Both the position numbers and the translations under genes were made by a program. Below the pieces are notes generated by a model, which searched no databases, was not told where the DNA came from, and saw only the letters and a list, made by a program, of their open reading frames with translations. From Candidatus Thorarchaeota archaeon (GTDB taxonomy: Archaea; Asgardarchaeota; Thorarchaeia; Thorarchaeales; Thorarchaeaceae), in NCBI GenBank assembly GCA_029858305.1, contig JAOUFI010000001.1, positions 179,031 through 243,030 of the forward strand: a DNA stretch of 64,000 nt, given 5' to 3'. Below, in pieces: positions 18,591-28,322 of the stretch (position 1 is its first letter; the number at the start of each line of letters is the position of its first letter).

Positions 18591-19025
18591 ATGTCAGATG
18601 TCGCAGCTATGAGAGCCTTCAACCGTGAATTAGCAGCGGTTGTCGGTGCAACAATTGAAGTAACAACAAAGGAAGGTAAGACCTACCAAGGAACTCTGAA
18701 AGGTATTGATCAAACTACTCTAAGCATCGTCTTGTCTGATGTTGCTGTTGTAGGTGGTGGAGCTAATATCCCAAAACTCTTCATCTATGGAAGTAGTATC
18801 AGTGCATTCTCTGTAGCGCAGAAAGAGATTAGTCTAGAAGGTCTTGCCAAGGAACTTGAGAAGACATTCCCACCAGGTGGTGTGAATTTCTATCCTGAGA
18901 CTGGCGTGATCGTTGTCATGAACAAGATCAGAATTACACCAGAGGGTGTGGATGGATCAGGACCTCTGTATGAACGTGTAGCAGCTATTGCTGATGAATG
19001 GTTAAAAGAACATGGTCTTGCATGA
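18591..19025 (+). CDS. Sm/Lsm protein with C-terminal extension (SmAP3-like)
   Basis: Sm1 pattern VTTKEGKTYQGTLKGID...IVLSD, FIYGSSI, plus about 70-aa extra domain. Confidence 0.8.
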   Translation: MSDVAAMRAFNRELAAVVGATIEVTTKEGKTYQGTLKGIDQTTLSIVLSDVAVVGGGANIPKLFIYGSSISAFSVAQKEISLEGLAKELEKTFPPGGVNFYPETGVIVVMNKIRITPEGVDGSGPLYERVAAIADEWLKEHGLA

Positions 19026-19137
19026 ATAAGAATCATGAACAGAAACTGAAATGGAAGAAATCTCAAGTCATATCTAGGCCAAACTAGGTATAATGCTGCG
19101 ACGGCGGATTGTCTGGAGTCATTCACCAAAATATGAA

Positions 19138-20394
19138 TTACAAGAGCTTTCGTAGACCGAGCTCTTCAAGATCCTTCTTTTTAACCTCTTCACTGTGCTT
19201 ACGCCCAGAGAGCGTACGCTCAAGGGGTTTTAGACGGTCTTCCCATGTTGCACGAGCAGATTCTGGGACCTTGCCAAATGCCTTTGTTCTTGCTTGAGTG
19301 GATCCCAGAGTTTCTTTTTTAGATCCAATGATCCCATACTCAGCAAGACGTTTTGTTGCTACAGAGATTCCGGATTCTTCTTTCGACCGTGGAAGTAGTT
19401 GAGGGCTTTTCACTCCTGTAAGAATAAGCATAACACGCAAAACACCACCTAGTCGAGGATCAACGCGGGCACCCCAAATGACATTGGCATCCAGACTCAT
19501 CTTTTCAGAGACCAGTTCACCAACTTTGTTGGCTTCTGCAAGACTCATGTCAGGGCCACCTGTGATATGTATCAGTGCTCCGGTAGCTCCATTCCACTCT
19601 ACTTCAAGCAATGGACTATTCAGAGCATTCTTGATTGCTTCATGAGATCGATCGGGTCCTGTAGCCTCTCCGAGACCAACAAGAGCGACCCCGCCATTAC
19701 AGATTATCGAACGAACATCAGCATAGTCCAAATTAATCAGACTGGGCATAGTGATGGTTTCAGTGATTCCCTTTACCATGTTTGCAAGGACCTCATCACC
19801 GACACCAAATGCTTCCTCTAGGGGAAGATCGGGAACAAGTTCCATTAACTTCTGATTGTCAATTACAACTGCAGTATCAACATTCTCCTGTAGACGCGCA
19901 AGACCAGCTTTGGCCTTATCTATTCGAGTTCTCTCGAGACTGAAAGGCATTGTCACAACGCCCACTACGATGGCATCATTGTTCTTAGCAATCTCTGCAA
20001 CAACAGGGGCGCTTCCTGTACCTGTACCACCACCTAAGCCTGCAGCAATGAAGACCAAGTCCGCATCACGAAGCAATTCTGTCAATTGTCCAGCAGACTC
20101 CTCTGCTGCAGCCTTTCCAACATGGGGATAACCCCCAGCTCCTAATCCACGGGTAATCCTCTCGCCAATGAGGAGCTTTCTATGGGCTGTTGTGACAGCT
20201 AGGTGTTGTCGGTCTGTGTTAATTGCTATACACTCTGCACCCTGCACTCCTATGGTCATGAGACGTTTTATTGTGTTATTTCCAGCGCCTCCACAACCCA
20301 CAACAACGATTCGTGCCTGCCCTACATCTCGTGTTGTTGAGGATCCTCGCTCGATACGACTGTGTTCACGTGCAGAATCAATGAACGACTTCAT
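19138..20394 (-). CDS. ftsZ: Cell division protein FtsZ (FtsZ2-like context)
   Basis: [24 protein letters not shown]7 loop. Confidence 0.97.
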   Translation of the reverse strand: MKSFIDSAREHSRIERGSSTTRDVGQARIVVVGCGGAGNNTIKRLMTIGVQGAECIAINTDRQHLAVTTAHRKLLIGERITRGLGAGGYPHVGKAAAEESAGQLTELLRDADLVFIAAGLGGGTGTGSAPVVAEIAKNNDAIVVGVVTMPFSLERTRIDKAKAGLARLQENVDTAVVIDNQKLMELVPDLPLEEAFGVGDEVLANMVKGITETITMPSLINLDYADVRSIICNGGVALVGLGEATGPDRSHEAIKNALNSPLLEVEWNGATGALIHITGGPDMSLAEANKVGELVSEKMSLDANVIWGARVDPRLGGVLRVMLILTGVKSPQLLPRSKEESGISVATKRLAEYGIIGSKKETLGSTQARTKAFGKVPESARATWEDRLKPLERTLSGRKHSEEVKKKDLEELGLRKLL

Positions 20395-20576
20395 TCTCCA
20401 ACAACCTCACTAATCTTCTCCTTTTGGAACATATTTTGGTCCCAGAGTTCTCGTTTCAGGAGGTCACGGATGGCAATTCGGATTGCCTCTGATCGATTAG
20501 GATAGAGACCATTGTCAACCAATTGCCGGATATCATCAAGAATTCTTTCGGGCAAGTGCACTGCTATAAGTCGCAT
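20391..20576 (-). CDS. cdrS: Ribbon-helix-helix regulator CdrS-like
   Basis: MRLIAVHLP...[22 protein letters not shown]; stop overlaps ftsZ start. Confidence 0.88.
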   Translation of the reverse strand: MRLIAVHLPERILDDIRQLVDNGLYPNRSEAIRIAIRDLLKRELWDQNMFQKEKISEVVGE

Positions 20577-20700
20577 ATCGAGTCCTCTATGCAAGTGAGG
20601 AACTAGTGGGATATGGATATGTGTAATACTCACATACGGATAATATCTTGAAAATAAAATAAAGGAAGAAGAGAAGAGTATCCTCTTCTCTAGTCTATGC

Positions 20701-21423
20701 TTACTTAGTCTTACGACCAGTTCTTCTGGCTGCGATGTTACCCACCTTACGACCAGGTGGTGCATGTCTACTGACTGTGGATGGTCTGCCTGGAGACTGG
20801 TGAGAACCACCACCGTGAGGATGGGAACATGCATTCATTGCAGCACCACGAACCACTGGCCATTTTCGAGCCTTCCCGCGTATGGAGTGCCATACTGTCC
20901 CTGCCTTCAAGAACGGTTTTTCAGAACGGCCGCCTCCAGCAACAATGCCAATAGTTGCCCTACATCTTGGACTAAAGGATTTATGAGTTCCACTTGGAAG
21001 TCGAACTATAGCCTTTGTCTTGTCAATTGCTATAATCGTCGCAGCAAGACCAGATGCTTTGACATACTTGCCACCATCACCAGGACTGCCTTCGATATTG
21101 TATACTGGGGTACCTTCAGGGATGTACTCAAGCATCAGAGTGTTGCCATTTTCTAAACGTGCATTCTCACCACACTCTATTGTCTGGCCAACTTGTGCTC
21201 CCTCTGGTGCCACTATATAGTGAATCTTAGTTTCACCTTCATATCTCACTGCAGCAAGAGGTGCGCCTCTTCCAGATTCGTGGTGGAGATTGACAATTGT
21301 TCCCGCATAGGTCTTATCAGGTGCCCATTTAGGATGTCGAGCAGGTGCAATTTTCTTGTGGCTCGGAGACCTCCACTGAGTAGTGCCTCTACCTTTTCGC
21401 TGTACAAGTATACGTCTACCCAT
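20701..21423 (-). CDS. rpl2: 50S ribosomal protein uL2
   Basis: MGRRILVQRKGRG, VRGAAMNACSHPHGGG, PPGRKVG. Confidence 0.97.
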   Translation of the reverse strand: MGRRILVQRKGRGTTQWRSPSHKKIAPARHPKWAPDKTYAGTIVNLHHESGRGAPLAAVRYEGETKIHYIVAPEGAQVGQTIECGENARLENGNTLMLEYIPEGTPVYNIEGSPGDGGKYVKASGLAATIIAIDKTKAIVRLPSGTHKSFSPRCRATIGIVAGGGRSEKPFLKAGTVWHSIRGKARKWPVVRGAAMNACSHPHGGGSHQSPGRPSTVSRHAPPGRKVGNIAARRTGRKTK

Positions 21424-21435
21424 TCACAAGCCTCC

Positions 21436-21699
21436 TTAGAAGATCCCGAGGTTGGTCGCAACCTCTGCGGCACTGTACTCTGGTGCCAATTTCACAAATG
21501 CCTTCTTTTTCCCATCAGGCATTATGAGTGTGTTTACTTTCTCCACAACAACATCGTAGAGGGATTCTACAGCCCACCGAATGGTGTTCTTGTTTGCTTT
21601 GCGTTCTACATAGAATATTAGCTTGTTTTCCTGATCAACAGCCTCAAGACTGGCTTCTGTCACTACTGGTTGGATAATCACTTCATTTGGATCTCTCAT
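21436..21699 (-). CDS. rpl23: 50S ribosomal protein uL23
   Basis: PVVTE, KVNTLI...KKAFVKL. Confidence 0.95.
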   Translation of the reverse strand: MRDPNEVIIQPVVTEASLEAVDQENKLIFYVERKANKNTIRWAVESLYDVVVEKVNTLIMPDGKKKAFVKLAPEYSAAEVATNLGIF

Positions 21700-21710
21700 G
21701 ATATTTCACC

Positions 21711-22502
21711 TCAGAAGAACAGATTCTCCTTTCCAAGCCTGTCTATGGCTGAAGTTGTCCAGACCACTAGGCGACCAGCATGTGTTCCAGGAGCCAAGAG
21801 CTCCGCATTCAGACCATGGACTTCAGTAATGTCCACGCCAGGAAGATTCCTTGCAGCTGCACCAATTCCCGAGTCGTTGCCAACAACTATCAGTATTGAT
21901 TTGGGAGTCTTCATCTTTCTACCGCGCATCTTTCCCTTGCCAGCTCTGACATTTCGACCATTGCTAGCTCTCTCAAGATCATCACCAAGGCCTAAAGCAG
22001 TCAATGTTTCGTAGGCTTCCTTGGTTGTAGCAATTGATTCAAGCTTACTACTTACTACGAGTGGGATTATGGGAACTTTGTCTATGTTGTGACCTCTTTT
22101 CTTCACAAATTGAGCGTTTGCCGTAGCAGCTATTGCTGAACGGATAGCTAGTCGATTCTCTTTGATATTCACTCGCTCAATGAGCACTTTTCGTGCTTCA
22201 GGAGGGTGTGCCACTCGACCGCCTACCGTACCAGGAGCAAAACCTGCTTTATTGGCTGCACTCGTTCCACTACCCTTGATTCTTGGCATTCTTGACTTGC
22301 CATGACCAGTCTGCCAACTCTTAGCTGTGTTACGCTTGCCTGCTAATTCATCAACACCATGTGGTTGAAATCTACGTGACTGAACAGCTAGCACAGCCCG
22401 CTTAATCACATCCGGACGATATGGAGTGTCAAAATGGGGTGGTAGCTCGATGGTTTCTTTACTGGGTTTTCCAGTTAATGTGTACGTCTTTATGTTTGCC
22501 AT
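21711..22502 (-). CDS. rpl4: 50S ribosomal protein uL4
   Basis: RPDVIKRAV, GGRVAHPP, RAGKGKMRGR, LAPGTHAGRL; GGAGGA SD. Confidence 0.96.
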   Translation of the reverse strand: MANIKTYTLTGKPSKETIELPPHFDTPYRPDVIKRAVLAVQSRRFQPHGVDELAGKRNTAKSWQTGHGKSRMPRIKGSGTSAANKAGFAPGTVGGRVAHPPEARKVLIERVNIKENRLAIRSAIAATANAQFVKKRGHNIDKVPIIPLVVSSKLESIATTKEAYETLTALGLGDDLERASNGRNVRAGKGKMRGRKMKTPKSILIVVGNDSGIGAAARNLPGVDITEVHGLNAELLAPGTHAGRLVVWTTSAIDRLGKENLFF

Positions 22503-22515
22503 AGATGTCATCCTC

Positions 22516-23526
22516 CTACTGCTTCGATGATGTGCTGATGTAGCTCACCTGCATTGGACCTTCTTTTTGACCCATCTTTGGACGCATGGCGAGCCGGATT
22601 CGTACTGGCCGTTTTATTGTACCAGGAACTGATCCATGAAGCATTATGTAATCACCACGAATGACACCGTAGTTCACAAATCCGCTAGAGGGCGTGATTT
22701 CTTCTCCACGTTCACCCATCTTGAGAATTCTGTTATTGTAACTTGTCCGAGTGTGGAAACCCGTCTGACCAGGTCTAGGAACGGTGTATCTGATACTAGA
22801 TGGAGTCCAAGGACCAATACAACCAATTCCACGTTTTGTCTTTCTGGATTTGTGTTGGAGAATTCTAACTCCCCAGCGGCGGACCGGACCCTGAAATCCA
22901 TGACCCTTGGTCACTGCAATCGTATCAACGAGGATTCCCTCATCTAGGATGTCTGCTACACGGAGATCGGTGCCAAGAATACTCTTGGCGTACTCAAAGG
23001 CTGTTCTGATATCTCCGCCTGTACCTATTTTGTATTCCACTACATCAGGCTTCTTTTTCGATAGTCCCGCAAGTCGTGGCTGAGTATGGATTAACATCCG
23101 AATCTCGGCAAACGAGTCGAGCTTTGACTCAAACTCTGCCATCTTGGTATCATGGTCATAGTCTTTTGGCAGTGGCAATGTCTTTCGAAGGTCTTCTGAC
23201 AAATTACTCGCAAGAACCTCTATTACAAGCCTGAGACCATAGGGAGTAGCCTCATAACCGCGAATTGAGAATGGCCTAATCGGAGGTGTATCAATCACTG
23301 TGACCGGCATGACAGTTTCCTGTCCGTTGAATGGACTGTCAGGGTTGTTTATTGTAACAACCGCATGGGTCATACCAGCTTTATATCCGATGAAACCAAG
23401 TAGTTTTGCAGCCGAGTCGTTATACTCAGGCCAGTTCTTGATACGGGGCACGAATTTAGAAGCCTTGCCTCGTGGCAAGTATGCTAGACTGCCACGCCTT
23501 GGTGCTTCTTTCTTTCTGTGTGCCAA
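22516..23526 (-). CDS. rpl3: 50S ribosomal protein uL3
   Basis: PRRGSLAYLPR, GYKAGMTH, TKGHGFQGPV; TTG start at 23526. Confidence 0.96.
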   Translation of the reverse strand: MAHRKKEAPRRGSLAYLPRGKASKFVPRIKNWPEYNDSAAKLLGFIGYKAGMTHAVVTINNPDSPFNGQETVMPVTVIDTPPIRPFSIRGYEATPYGLRLVIEVLASNLSEDLRKTLPLPKDYDHDTKMAEFESKLDSFAEIRMLIHTQPRLAGLSKKKPDVVEYKIGTGGDIRTAFEYAKSILGTDLRVADILDEGILVDTIAVTKGHGFQGPVRRWGVRILQHKSRKTKRGIGCIGPWTPSSIRYTVPRPGQTGFHTRTSYNNRILKMGERGEEITPSSGFVNYGVIRGDYIMLHGSVPGTIKRPVRIRLAMRPKMGQKEGPMQVSYISTSSKQ

Positions 23527-23663
23527 TTTTAACACCACAATAATATCCGTATCGAATGGCCGGTAAACTAGGCTATTCGTACTACAACGGACCCGCCAAG
23601 GGGGGATTGTTTTTAAAACTTGCCTACTGACCAAGTACCAATTCGGGGTACTGAAGAAATTAG

Positions 23664-26030
23664 CTAGAATCGATTCTGCTCAGTTCTAGCAAGGATTTCG
23701 TTTTGCAGATCCTTACCTATGTTAACAAAATAGTCCGAGTATCCAGCAACTCGAACAATAAGGTTCTGATAATTTTCTGGATGAGTCTGAGCATCTCGCA
23801 AGGTTTCAGCTTTTACAACATTGAACTGAATATGGTGACCACCTAATTTGAAGTACGTAAGGACTAAATCCGCAAGCTTTCGGCGCCCCTCTTTGTCTGC
23901 GAGAACATCAGGCATAAACTTCTGATTTAGAAGGGTACCTCCGGTTTTAGAATGGTCAATCTTGGCGACAGATTTGATTACAGCAGTAGGCCCACTCTTA
24001 TCAGCTCCATGACTAGGAGATATCCCGTCAGATAAAGGACCACCAGCTTTTCTACCATCAGGAGTTGCACCTGTTACCTGTCCAAAGTAGATGTGTACAG
24101 TGGTTGGAAGAAGATTAACGCGATATTCTCCACCCTTTGTATTTGGACGGCCATCGATTGAGTCAAAATATACCTGAAAGACTGATTGAGCTATCGCATC
24201 TGCATAGTCATCATCATTTCCATACTTTGGCGTCTTGTTCAACAACGTCATTCTCAAAGCATCATTTTCTTCAAAATCAGTCCTCATCGCTTCAAGCAAC
24301 TCTGCCATGGTGTACTTCTTTTTATCGAAGACATGATATTTGATTGCAGAGAGCGAATCTGTGATAGTCCCCATGCCAACGCCCTGAATGTAGGTTGAAT
24401 TGTATCGAGGACCACCATCATGGTAGTTTCTACCCTTCATAATGCAATCATCAAAAAGAAGGGACATGAAAGGCGCAGGCATATATTCTGCGTAGAGTCG
24501 TTCGATTATATTATTGCCTTTGATTTTGACATCAATAAAGTATCGTAGTTGCTTCTTATAGGCTGTGAATAGTTCTTCAAATGACGTGAACTCTGTTACA
24601 TTTCCTGTTTCTATTCCGACTCTCTTCCCTGTTCGAGGATCGACACCGTTGTTGAGGGTTATTTCTAGTATTTTTGGCCAGTTACAGTATCCTGTCAGGA
24701 TACAGCTCTCTTTTCCAAAAGCGCTGATTGTGACACAACCACTTGGTCCTCCAACCCTTGCGTCCTCGATTGACTTTCCCGCTCGAAGAAACTCTTTGAT
24801 TATCACATCTGTGTTGAACAGAGAGGGTTGACCGAACCCTTCCTTCACCACATCAATTGCGCTCATCAAGAAACTATCAGGATTCTCCGTACTCATCTGA
24901 ATACATATACTCGGTTGTATCAACCGCATCTCATTGCAGACCTCAAGAATGAGATAAGAAAGATCGTTGACAGCATCCGTACCGTCAGATTTCAGGCCCC
25001 CAGTATTAATCAGAGAGAAGTCTTGGTATGTACCACTCTGCTGTTCAGTGATTTCGACTTTTGGTGGAGCTGGCTGATTATTGAACTTGATCCAGAAACA
25101 CTGCAAAAGCTCTTTTGAGAACTCCTTTGTAAGGGTTCCATTACTGATATCTCTCTGATAGAAGGGGTAGAGGTTCAGGTCCAAGCGACCAGGATTGAAA
25201 CTATCCCAGACATTGAGTTCTATAATTACGCCAAGGTGAATAAACCAGTATGCCTGTAAAGCCTCCCAGAAATTACGTGGGGGCTTGGCTGGAACGTGAG
25301 CGCATATCTCTGCAATTTGATCTAGTTCTTTCTTCCGGACAGGATTGGTCTCCGACTCGGCAAGTTCCCTCGCTTTGTCAGCATGACGCTGTGCAAAGGA
25401 AATCATCGCTTCTGCTGCAATCTGCATTGCCTTGAGCTCTTGCTCCTTTGCGTATGCCTTGTCATCATCATAATAATCTAATTTGGAGAGAGCTTGTTGG
25501 ATGTCATCAATGAAATCGAGAAGTCCACGACGATAGATTTTGTCATCAAGAATTGCGTGTCCGGGAGCTCTTTGTTCCATAAACTCAGTAAATACGCCAG
25601 CCTCAAAGGCGGCCATCCATTGATCTGACATTACACTGAAAACACGTTCACGTATTGTCCTACCAGTCCAATAGGGAATAATCTCATCACGATAGGTGCT
25701 GAGGGCTTCATCGCTGACCAAGAAAGGTGTGCGTTCTCGTGAATTAGCAATCTTGAGGTCATTAAGAGAATGACAACAGAGTTCAGGGTATGTTGGTGTG
25801 GCCTGTGGTGCGGACCCACGTTCACCAACGATTAACTCTCCATCATTGATGATGATTGTCTTATTTTCCAGAATATACTTGAATGCCGTTGCCCTAGCTA
25901 CTGGATTTGATACTGTATCTGCCCCGCCATTCTGATAGAAATCAGTCAGGAGTTCAGCGCGTTCAGTGCAGATATAGGGTTTAGTACGAACACTCTGCTC
26001 TCGTAATTTCTGAACGCGTTCTGTCAACAT
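23664..26030 (-). CDS. Glycyl radical enzyme, HypD (4-hydroxyproline dehydratase)-like clade with variant active site
   Basis: RVAGYS glycyl loop; FTEFMEQRAPGH, WDSFNPGRLD, TYQDF, LPTTVH match HypD; Cys loop SGCVT. Confidence 0.9.
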   Translation of the reverse strand: MLTERVQKLREQSVRTKPYICTERAELLTDFYQNGGADTVSNPVARATAFKYILENKTIIINDGELIVGERGSAPQATPTYPELCCHSLNDLKIANSRERTPFLVSDEALSTYRDEIIPYWTGRTIRERVFSVMSDQWMAAFEAGVFTEFMEQRAPGHAILDDKIYRRGLLDFIDDIQQALSKLDYYDDDKAYAKEQELKAMQIAAEAMISFAQRHADKARELAESETNPVRKKELDQIAEICAHVPAKPPRNFWEALQAYWFIHLGVIIELNVWDSFNPGRLDLNLYPFYQRDISNGTLTKEFSKELLQCFWIKFNNQPAPPKVEITEQQSGTYQDFSLINTGGLKSDGTDAVNDLSYLILEVCNEMRLIQPSICIQMSTENPDSFLMSAIDVVKEGFGQPSLFNTDVIIKEFLRAGKSIEDARVGGPSGCVTISAFGKESCILTGYCNWPKILEITLNNGVDPRTGKRVGIETGNVTEFTSFEELFTAYKKQLRYFIDVKIKGNNIIERLYAEYMPAPFMSLLFDDCIMKGRNYHDGGPRYNSTYIQGVGMGTITDSLSAIKYHVFDKKKYTMAELLEAMRTDFEENDALRMTLLNKTPKYGNDDDYADAIAQSVFQVYFDSIDGRPNTKGGEYRVNLLPTTVHIYFGQVTGATPDGRKAGGPLSDGISPSHGADKSGPTAVIKSVAKIDHSKTGGTLLNQKFMPDVLADKEGRRKLADLVLTYFKLGGHHIQFNVVKAETLRDAQTHPENYQNLIVRVAGYSDYFVNIGKDLQNEILARTEQNRF

Positions 26031-26117
26031 AGTGTGAACCTCGCTGAATCTCCACAAACGTATCGAGTTTGATAGATACCTCATCATGTGTCTAAAAAGG
26101 TCACGTATAAGGAATGG

Positions 26118-26975
26118 TTAATCGTAGAACCCCTGTCTTGCTATCACCTTTCCTACTGAATTGTTCAAAAGACCAAGACTGACTATGAGAGCCTCTTCAA
26201 GCCGTACTGTTTCGGATCCTTGATCATCTATTGTGTTTATCCAAAAATCAATTTGACGTTTGATATCATCTCTCTGTACATCGCAAAGCTCCAAGATGCC
26301 CCTATTGGGGTCCCCAAACACAGCCAAGACTGAGCCTGTGCTGGACACTGTTGATATCAAATCTTTCTCCAACTGAAAGAAAGGGGGCGCTTTTCTAGAG
26401 AAGCCAATTCGGGTCATATTTCTAGACCGCTCCAGTAGCTCTAGTAGGGTTCCGGTTCGGCTTGCTTCAAATCCCCAATAGACTGGAGCTTCTAGTCGGT
26501 CTATGATGGATAAAGAGAGAGTCGGAGATACAGCTTCAACTTTGAATAAGGTAGGGTCACGTTCACTCAGCAACGTTGGAAAATCGATGAGATTATCGAA
26601 TCCTAAATCAATCTTGCCAGGACGAACTTGAATTCCCCACCTCACTGTACCAGCAGTTAACTCTGATATTTTTGATAGAAGGGGGTGACTACGGGTTCGT
26701 AAGGGTGGAAGAAGTCCTGCATATTGAAGGGAGGGCGACTGGGGAAAGATTCTCCTTCTAAGATATTGGGGTGTGTCCATAAACCGTAGAATCTTCACGA
26801 GAAGATCAGCATCCCTTTTTTGCGTAGCACGGAGTTTTTCTGTGCTATAGACAAACACCTCTTCTACTCGGAATATTGCAAGTGTTCGAGCGATTTGACC
26901 GACCTTTACCGTCTTCTGTCGTAGATCGGTGCAGTCAATCAATGAGGTGTCAGGAAGTGCTACCTTGAGGGTCAT
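26118..26975 (-). CDS. SPOUT-family RNA methyltransferase (COG2106-like)
   Basis: GQIARTLAIFRV, TPQYLRR, GLLPPLRT-H, QGSETVRLEEAL. Confidence 0.88.
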   Translation of the reverse strand: MTLKVALPDTSLIDCTDLRQKTVKVGQIARTLAIFRVEEVFVYSTEKLRATQKRDADLLVKILRFMDTPQYLRRRIFPQSPSLQYAGLLPPLRTRSHPLLSKISELTAGTVRWGIQVRPGKIDLGFDNLIDFPTLLSERDPTLFKVEAVSPTLSLSIIDRLEAPVYWGFEASRTGTLLELLERSRNMTRIGFSRKAPPFFQLEKDLISTVSSTGSVLAVFGDPNRGILELCDVQRDDIKRQIDFWINTIDDQGSETVRLEEALIVSLGLLNNSVGKVIARQGFYD

Positions 26976-26987
26976 AGTAAAGTTCTC

Positions 26988-27425
26988 CTACAAATCTAAA
27001 GTAAACCAGAGTGTTGTTCGGTCTGTGCCTTCAAGAATCTTCATGTCAGCATAGGTCATGGCCTTGACCTCGGTTCGTGCAATGTGTCGATTAAAATCAA
27101 TGCTTTCACCAAATGCTCTCCCCTTAAGGGAAAAACCTGTTAATTTCTGAGAAATATCAATGATTTCAAACCGTGAGAAGAATTGATTGTTGATATCAAT
27201 AAGAGAGATGAGGGTTCCAATCCATTCCACAAGAAGCTCTTCAAGATCAATGCCTTGTACAGATACTTCAACAGATTCTAACGAGGCGACCGTGGTCGTA
27301 TCAAGTATTACTTCGAATGTCGCTTTTGCGGCCTCTTCAAATGCATCCTTTATTGTCGGAGCCCAGCACTCGATAGTGATGTCAGCTGTGTGCTCGTGGA
27401 ATCTGAATCCTCTTTCCAATTGCAT
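26988..27425 (-). CDS. Archease
   Basis: EHTADI, EVKAMTY, C-terminal LDL. Confidence 0.93.
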   Translation of the reverse strand: MQLERGFRFHEHTADITIECWAPTIKDAFEEAAKATFEVILDTTTVASLESVEVSVQGIDLEELLVEWIGTLISLIDINNQFFSRFEIIDISQKLTGFSLKGRAFGESIDFNRHIARTEVKAMTYADMKILEGTDRTTLWFTLDL

Positions 27426-27486
27426 AGTCTCCAATGGCACCCACGACAAGAAGCTTAAAAGGCATTTCCAACGGTGGAAACCCTAT

Positions 27487-27602
27487 GCCGAGGTAGCCAA
27501 GCCCGGACCACGGCGCCGGTCTTGAAAACCGGTGTGTTCGCACCCACGAGTTCAAAAAATGTCACAATTTGTGATATCGAGCATATCTCGTCCTCGGCGC
27601 CA
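27487..27602 (+). tRNA. tRNA-Ser(TGA) with a 29-nt T-loop intron (58/59; 27556..27584)
   Basis: GCCGAGG/CCTCGGC acceptor, CCGGT-CTTGAAA-ACCGG arm, long variable arm, G73-CCA, BHB GTTC-AAA...GAGC-ATA. Confidence 0.92.
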
Positions 27603-27690
27603 TCTCCATTTTGCTGATTGATGTTCCGTCGCACTGTAAATTCTACATGTGGTGATAATTCACAGAGAGAGTTGGACAAATGTCCATGAG

Positions 27691-28143
27691 CTAGGCTGTC
27701 CCCTTGCCGAAGAGCTTCATTCCTGAAATTGCTGACGCGAGCACAATCATAGCAATCATCATGATATATGCCATGTATGGGATGTTGAAACCGAGTACAG
27801 GAAAAGTCTGAACAAGTTCTGTAACGCAGATAACGACTGAACTGATCGTGGCGAGCACCCACCCTTGTTTTGAACTCCTCCAGAAGATCAAGTAGACCAT
27901 GTATAGAATGAATATCTCTACAATCAGGACAGCAAGCCCCATCGTCCGGAGGTGCTCTGAAATCAAGTATGCTAATTGAGGATACATACTGACTAACTCT
28001 TCCCATGTTAGCTCGCTGTATGCGAGATCATCGAGAAACAACGAGCCCATGATGAAATATGACAAGTAGATAGCGATGTGAATTATGACTGTGAATACCC
28101 AGAAGAAAATGGCAACCTTACTTGAGATTGTTGATCGATCCAT
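27691..28143 (-). CDS. Four-TM membrane protein (cargo between tRNA-Ser and its att-like copy)
   Basis: Four hydrophobic segments; AAGGTG SD. Confidence 0.75.
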   Translation of the reverse strand: MDRSTISSKVAIFFWVFTVIIHIAIYLSYFIMGSLFLDDLAYSELTWEELVSMYPQLAYLISEHLRTMGLAVLIVEIFILYMVYLIFWRSSKQGWVLATISSVVICVTELVQTFPVLGFNIPYMAYIMMIAMIVLASAISGMKLFGKGTA

Positions 28144-28230
28144 GGTTTGACACCTTCCGTTTGCAGTCAGACAGAAATCATACTCCGATATTTAATATGT
28201 GATGTTTATGAAGGGTGAAGTCCTACTCCC

Positions 28231-28252
28231 TCAAATCTAACCCTCGGCGCCA
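28231..28252 (+). repeat. Degenerate direct repeat of tRNA-Ser 3' end (att-like)
   Basis: TCAAATCTAACCCTCGGCGCCA vs spliced tRNA-Ser TCAAATCTCGTCCTCGGCGCCA (19/22). Confidence 0.78.
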
Positions 28253-28322
28253 CATAATTTTGCCGCAATAGTAGACAATAATCCCAATCTTATTCAACAA
28301 TCTATGAGTCGGTGTATATCAG

